Shown here: positions 57,201 to 58,634 of the stretch, in pieces | How the letters are laid out: every line of letters begins with the position of its first letter | Position numbering within the stretch: the stretch's first letter is position 1 | Virus record (IMG/VR): IMGVR_UViG_3300033552_000007 | Location: 1 to 58,634 of that record | Reading direction: 5' to 3' (one strand) | From: a virus | Lineage: Duplodnaviria; Caudoviricetes | Length of the DNA: 58,634 bases | Position numbers and translations under genes: made by a program | The notes under the pieces: generated by a model | The model's database searches: none | Told to the model about the DNA's origin: nothing | Seen by the model: only the letters and a program-made list of their open reading frames with translations

Positions 57201-58329
57201 CAGTGTAAACTTTAACCGTAAAGGTACAGTTGGCGCGCAAGTAGGTTCGCTATATGCCTTCTTTAATGCGTCCGTGCAAGGTTCGGCCCGTATTGCTGAA
57301 ACGTTGATGGTAAACGATAACGGCAAGCTATCATTAAGCAAAACTGGTAAGAAAATTATTAGCGGTGGCTTATTGCTAGGCGCTATGCAAGCAATCGCCA
57401 TGGCAATGGCTGGCTTTGATGATGACGAACCGCCAGAGTTTGTGCGCGATAGAAACATCATTATCCCGTTATCCGGTGGCAAGTACGTGGCTATTCCTAT
57501 GCCATTAGGTTTCAATGCGATCCCGTCTATTGGACGCATCATGACTGAATGGGTGTTAAGTGGCGGCGAAGATACAGGCGGACGCGTAGTTCACATTCTG
57601 GACGTATTGTTAAACGTGACTAACCCGATTGGTAACGCTGGGCTTTCTATTCAAACGGTTGCACCTACTTTGATTGATCCATTGGTGGCTTTATCAGAAA
57701 ACAAAGACTTCACCGGCAGAAAGATTGCCAAAGAGGACTTTAACTCTAAGAATCCAACACCAGGCTATAGCCGTGCTAAAGATACGGCCAGCCGATTCTC
57801 TACAGGTATTGCGTACTTTATCAATAGCGCAACGGGTGGCAATAAGTACCGTGAAGGCGCCATTAGCCCAACACCAGACCAGATTGATTATTTATTTGGC
57901 CAAGTGACCGGCGGCGTAGGCCGTGAAGGTAGCAAGATAATTGGTGCGTTAGATTCTCTTGCTATTGGCGAAGATATACCCAACTACAAAAAACCGTTAA
58001 TAGGTAAATTTTACGGCAACGCAAAGAATAACGATGCAGAGCGCACCACTTACTATGACAACGTAGTGGAGTTAAATAAACTTGAGCTTGAATATAAAGG
58101 ACGCTTAGAAAGCAAAGACGAGCTAGACGAATTTAAGACGGACAATCCAAAGGTTAAAGCGATTATGCTGGGTAACAATACCGATAAGATTGTGACTAAA
58201 TTAGTCAAGCAACGTAAACAGTTGCAAGCCAGCGGCGCATCATCAGATCGTATCAAACAAATTAATGAATTGATTGCGTTGAAAATGAAGCGATTAAACG
58301 AGGCCGTTAGAAAAATAGAAGCCGAATAA
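45271..58329 (+). CDS. 4352-aa polyvalent (DarB-like) injected protein: SLT transglycosylase, SF2 helicase, N6-adenine MTase, HELQSDW domain, zincin-like peptidase, PRTase, LPD38-like C-terminus
   Basis: ESGF..AVSPKGARGLMQ/AYNAG; GTGTGKT, DEAH, SAT, QQEGRIYR; LEPSAGHG, MNPPF; HELIGH (54466-54483); LVDDTITQGGT. Confidence 0.9.
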   Translation: MAETNQQKVSRIAVQEGVDPDLALRVASTESGFNSNAVSPKGARGLMQVMPATYQEVMGPDSDPNNVDNNVTAGLRYLAKQLKTFKGDERLSLAAYNAGAGAVKKYGGIPPYKETQDYVAKITGGKARATPAKQGYEVIGYSDIDGNDIPLENPVKKSAPVAAKKAAPYEVIGYEEIEAPAPAVAPVAESANATYGDRAKDLGISTVQGVVDVGQAAVGLGDIVSGGRIGKLAEQAGVKFEETDQILEGLKSTAGQADKAALDNAQGFTDTAKTIVQNPNIIPNAITRTIPSILGGSGIANALVKLMPKIGAIAAGAIGEGVIGAGSQAEGIRSQTDDGLITPTQSALSAATGLSTAVISRFSGNFAQKLGIKDIDNVLVNGSAEQVDEIVKKSLGRKLVEGGFTESVLEEMPQSGIEQMLSNVALDKPIMEGVAKSAAIGGLTAAPMGAGAQLIPQAPAIPQTRGQRIIAELKARQSGQPASTVIADEVIPASPANPSESINAADLLEDDNVSNTEQGAASILDSGIAGNGRDNPSGSAVNAVNDVNGIRSPDIGQTVSSNLPTGNANSANSPLDNPTPEPKATLDAQTTAFIEGTKPALLITEGEALPQNLPNDIKTAVIPNRGTLIYRDDISLQQALNGNMGEALGYGINEKPAQPTSVVTARDANGTVIQDVATDGRQSVIDAATKVAGNGTVEVRPIEAALAEREAGVKAAETPVGNIETPVGIENMPNVPNITNNPIVSNTYLGSSGRLKTPKIAQSDLTQPATPVKPKKPAKKAGTLLATLRDIGGIALTDKRDVTGEDKRFIGGGYNQIFKGSAKQTLRGAIESGLLDEFLPYSMRLSAQTADSEAYDSTEAYDYLADKIRNGTRTLSYEAEQELEQKRYDEKTDTQAAVDLIAEEFNEDEINAELQIAGYNEREAQSLATDFDASNEDSSVESGTGSQASEKTESLTKDQADGFVKVAADSIKTLRKQDVERVLDETPSKYRKELAAYITKNRSDLAEEVADIEAEAPALELQGQTNAEIEADIKATRDREVKAAADEAKAKSAKDAEDLKTQQKKNANERPFEFGENIKDVKQAVKAGSEDMFTLDEKKKDEPAAPVDAKVKQAQDDLDGALSDLGSIFGKSLRNNITPEQEQKLIPVLTRVFDAAFRLGYYEFKAAAKFVLDTIRSKISEEVADIVTIDQLQGAYISMAGKYGDQATKKRDVVNIESIEELQESDNVNDKRSSANLESDSGQPEPTNGMGAQNVQDGRNENSGSGKQRVSNAENESDAQGSNSLFDSQTIVTGERGNSEIYTGKSPTQSGLARDSDNRGSGDGSFTGTPIEPPATEGLNGTTQSGLFALSAKPLQAEADRVEQNTTLDNIRETLPLLQAGQQEDVFKAETRFAEPKGFGMLFTNGTGTGKTFTGLGVVKRFVNSGKKNVLIIAPNDKIIEDWQNTAKLFNITANRLETTNDAGRGVVITTYSNMGNNLTLADRNWDLIVHDEAHYLAMDKDGTNTNALKTLRAITQHPQGVFTRTEMLHRDLRAKITALYEEKKTLTIAAASDERNYPKLEKVEAEIEAANLKWSAVSEAVKEKVKANQGEGRPRALFLSATPFAYEKTVDWANGYLFDYDAGKEQDGASGTGNRSYNTGSNRDQFMMQNFGYRMRYNKLTEPDAKVNRGLMQRQFNTSLKKAGTLSGRMLDVEADYDRKFVLIDSAIGRRIDEALGWFREKRDSLKTSGLVNPRANAYSDVEKIISDQFDYLSRRYLLEAIKAKEVVVHVKEHMALGRKVVVFHDYKKGGGFNPFNISARSMGQDWTTSGDTQAINEIIEEFKSEFKDLINAPDFKSSSPIDTFKQAFPGVLLFNGDVPTKVRRANVAKFQDDASGPQVILVQSAAGKEGISLHDTTGKHARVLFNLGQPTQPTTSIQQEGRIYRTGQVTDAMFRYLNTGTNWERWAFATTIAQRASAAENLALGEQARALKDAFISGFEESDSYRAGMENEGKGGKERDKAANEALTEYDRAKAFYYGTQKKNSKTKAQEGADYFATPEPVGLKMVELADIRPGEKVLEPSAGHGAIARWFPEGADKTAIEPSSFLRPRLAMVFDGAINSGDFEDLNTINKYDAIVMNPPFGTAGKTAIDHMAKASKHLNDGGRIVALIPVGSTDKKFDKWFYETETRPLKPIFEKDGMQVFAGDTVKMAGFGKDYEIKDVVIDDIRGTQFFRTKGQSKDNGINAVALKSVDKIGKRTEEFSPTKGFTLVADIKLPSVTFERAGTAVNTRIVVIEKSESAPQISNRDYTDVTDINELFDRMETLEIPARAKAKEADNETDAAPARTTGSEATRQNDQAARERDAKALESGAIAQGGEAVTFKIEGDKLITNAPAQTITTSKGKELEGVFITDSSIGLSAIKEVDRFTYYAKGKGAGYFVRLRHVVRPTSDDVSFSNAGAPTFYSALTRAIDAIQTKKADPVMWKGLIKNLAQKGVKPDEIEWTGVTDWLDLQTGAVTKEQVLDYLNSNGVEVSETMLGKDTGTTDQDVIDFQGIESTEWADASNSQRDEWREEFYSQSSMYAPATKYSQYTVPGGTNYKELLLTLPEKAPPKSIVEWTERIAGEWNADADGRQFGILEEDNNSFYVYEKDGALGKKVKSLDDAKLQVESALVKNKTTKYKSSHFDQANILAHVRFDERLDADGNKVLFIHELQSDWSSDGRKKGFVRTLSNVEKARSKELSKKMDDYITENGSLKAQRNRYGLSETELSEWSLLDIQDKGEGVPRAPFVEKTDAYLALALKRMMRYAAENGFNKVAIINGQQAADLYDLSKQVDKIRAFKRPEGTYFITADGRTLSDEMKESELEGAVGKDLATKIINGDNKKSDGFQEFKGVDLKVGGEGMRFFYDTLVPKVAKDVLKKVGGSVETISLSSGKEIYAIINKVTGNEIGGGYTLKQAQDKVNNDPDNKYEYYKVSGGENAQTGFTITPDMRNKVMQGLPLFSQGTGTGGLLIDDIKAAIANDIYGQEVDIYPTMMDAPIYVQTQALSERKFGIEGFYDKRTNRVALIASNLSSIKRAKEVARHELIGHYGMENMLNDADPKLLSKLLNRVLFAEKSGNKQIIEIAQYVDETQPNLSEQRRAKEIIAVMAERNIQNSITKRVIDAVRLFLKKIGFIKSDVTDAKIAGLLRDAQVYLKGKGRSLVEPTMQASFSNNATKDIPDAIILNPLGTAKNDTDYEAAKAGDVVAATRLAKKLITNDVIKQLKEQIKNADLVVGVTSIEQSGKNALPEAAAILIADKLSLKYDENLLQLVSPKRTGMSGMDRIFNRPVFEGDVQPNASYILVDDTITQGGTFAAMTNRINEGGANVIANIALTGKDYSSKIAISDSMLEKVRSQFGDLENEFRAITKYGFEGLTHSEARFVTLGNAPDKFRDRIIAETKKAASNTNTSTAKAGQDVSFSNNPTPPTGGVFTSQQPLNPNFEIPQTSKLDNVLRSVQDKNIDLKRVTANIKKSIGDISDNINAYLQEELYHGRAAKRTQDFLNNELNPLITAMQTRGVTMADFEEYLWARHAEERNIQIAKVNPKMPDRGSGLTTKEANDYLNSLSAGQKRNFEALAARVDAITKGSRQVLVDYNLESAGTVLSMEGAYKNYVPLMREDMDMGFGQGTGQGVSVKGNSSKRATGSNRAVVDILANIAQQRERNIIRGEKNRVATALVGLAKTNPNKDFWQVDVPPTITDINKATGMVEVRIDPNYKNRNNVVVARIADKKGNIQERAVVFSERNERAVKMALNLKNLDQDQLGVVLSNAAVITRWFSSINTQYNPMFGVVNIMRDVQGALLNLSSTPLKGMQTKVLAETAKTIGPLYAEIRAIQKNGKSTNTDVARLYEDFQREGGKTGYQDMFRNAEERGKAISKTLDPNWWQTTKLGKVVSLNGLLATPEQWLMQKPVKLIFDWLSDYNEALENTVRLATYKVGLDKGLSKQQAASVAKNISVNFNRKGTVGAQVGSLYAFFNASVQGSARIAETLMVNDNGKLSLSKTGKKIISGGLLLGAMQAIAMAMAGFDDDEPPEFVRDRNIIIPLSGGKYVAIPMPLGFNAIPSIGRIMTEWVLSGGEDTGGRVVHILDVLLNVTNPIGNAGLSIQTVAPTLIDPLVALSENKDFTGRKIAKEDFNSKNPTPGYSRAKDTASRFSTGIAYFINSATGGNKYREGAISPTPDQIDYLFGQVTGGVGREGSKIIGALDSLAIGEDIPNYKKPLIGKFYGNAKNNDAERTTYYDNVVELNKLELEYKGRLESKDELDEFKTDNPKVKAIMLGNNTDKIVTKLVKQRKQLQASGASSDRIKQINELIALKMKRLNEAVRKIEAE
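46805..46996 (+). CDS. Nested +1-frame ORF 1 inside the giant gene (63 aa)
   Basis: GAGG 6 nt before the ATG; coincides with an S/G/N-rich linker of the host frame. Confidence 0.5.
   Translation: MSATLNKEPLVFWIAESLEMGVITQAEAQLMQLMTLMEYDHPILDRPYQAICLLEMPTVQIVH
48002..48136 (+). CDS. Nested +1-frame ORF 2 inside the giant gene (44 aa)
   Basis: GAGGAT 7 nt before the ATG; amphipathic KEKLKAWLQTLTPATRIQVLKAALEAK. Confidence 0.5.
   Translation: MQNSKSQGTTKEKLKAWLQTLTPATRIQVLKAALEAKQAKKPKA
48950..49321 (+). CDS. Nested +1-frame ORF 3 inside the giant gene (123 aa)
   Basis: AGGAG 7 nt before the ATG; globular-looking helical sequence; spans the linker before the helicase. Confidence 0.65.
   Translation: MSMTSVAAPIWNQIADSQSLQTAWARRMFKMDGMKIAEAENKEYQTLKTKVMPKVATAYLTVKPLLLENVAIAKFTQENPQHKAALLEIVTIAEAVTVASQEHRLNRQQQKDLTELLKADYSR
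55424..55594 (+). CDS. Nested +1-frame ORF 4 inside the giant gene (56 aa)
   Basis: MNLERLQNTDLKALLIAKHGSLRLETLLTNSEIESLLKLKRRRAIQIRLLLKQDKT; TTGACA upstream, terminator downstream. Confidence 0.5.
   Translation: MNLERLQNTDLKALLIAKHGSLRLETLLTNSEIESLLKLKRRRAIQIRLLLKQDKT
55611..55634 (+). terminator. Intragenic intrinsic-terminator-like hairpin
   Basis: acgccgcc-TACG-ggtggcgt plus ttt (cUACGg tetraloop). Confidence 0.55.
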
Positions 58330-58390
58330 GAGCTTCAACAATAGCAACAACAATAATCGCCCACAGTACAAACAGTAATAATTGACCCAT
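58307..58390 (-). CDS. 27-aa single-TM peptide convergent with the giant gene
   Basis: MGQLLLFVLWAIIVVAIVEALIRLLFF; TATTAT 6 nt upstream of the ATG. Confidence 0.35.
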   Translation of the reverse strand: MGQLLLFVLWAIIVVAIVEALIRLLFF

Positions 58391-58409
58391 TCCGAAATAA
58401 TACTTTAAC

Positions 58410-58433
58410 AAGCCGCCATTGTGCGGCTTTTTT
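58410..58433 (+). terminator. Intrinsic terminator preceded by boxA-like actttaacaa
   Basis: aagccgc-cattgt-gcggctt plus T-run. Confidence 0.7.
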
Positions 58434-58454
58434 ATGGCCAAAAGAAAGGTAAAA

Positions 58455-58634
58455 ATGAACGTAGACGATAGCGCAACCCAACAAGAGGAATTTGCGCGCG
58501 AAGCAGCATTAAAACATCGCAAACCAGAACTGCCAAAAATAGGCATTTGCTACAACTGTAACGAACCGGTTAAATCAAACGCCAATTACTGCGACAAAGA
58601 TTGTAGGTTAGATCATGAGCGCCGCACTGAAAAC
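58455..58634 (+). CDS. TraR/DksA-like C4 zinc-finger protein, continues across the circular join to 142
   Basis: MNVDDSATQQEE...CYNC...YCDKDC...; AAAGGT RBS; TAATG coupling to the endolysin. Confidence 0.75.
   Translation, partial: MNVDDSATQQEEFAREAALKHRKPELPKIGICYNCNEPVKSNANYCDKDCRLDHERRTEN
58508..58634. repeat. Terminal direct repeat copy 2
   Basis: Identical to 1-127. Confidence 0.95.

Noticed and set aside
47642-57907. Other +1-frame ORFs in the giant gene (47642, 50522, 52100, 52802, 53318, 56192, 56810, 57674)
   Set aside because: No convincing SD-ATG context noticed, shadow-frame composition, and most overlie well-formed domains of the main frame

Overview
The window is a complete, circularly permuted temperate phage genome of about 58,507 bp. 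Bases 1-127 are repeated exactly at 58508-58634, an assembler-type overlap. The regulatory layout is lambdoid: a tyrosine integrase with a tRNA-3'-end attP, xis, RecT/YqaJ recombination genes, a short cI and cro with operators, O/P-like replication genes, a nin-like region and a Q-like gene. The morphogenesis module is of the Bcep22/933W podovirus type: P22-like terminase, portal, scaffold, N4-gp56-type capsid, adaptor and nozzle, ejection proteins and a 4352-aa polyvalent protein. The host is probably a Gram-negative proteobacterium (inferred from the spanins; not determined). The most striking feature is the 13-kb polyvalent gene. It appears to carry at least four overprinted +1-frame small genes, three with strong Shine-Dalgarno sites, lying under its low-complexity linkers. 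The fourth looks like a complete nested transcription unit (TTGACA promoter, 56-aa ORF, UNCG terminator) on a PRTase cassette bounded by SFSNN junctions. Other notable features: an ~0.8-kb structured-RNA array with a degenerate tRNA ahead of the late operon; a large terminase split into two coupled genes; bacterial adhesin domains (Calx-beta, cadherin-like, Ig-like) and a signal-peptide-bearing DUF1996 protein in the tail region; and a duplicated mini-pseudoknot upstream of the scaffold gene. All family assignments come from motif recognition by eye; no searches were run.
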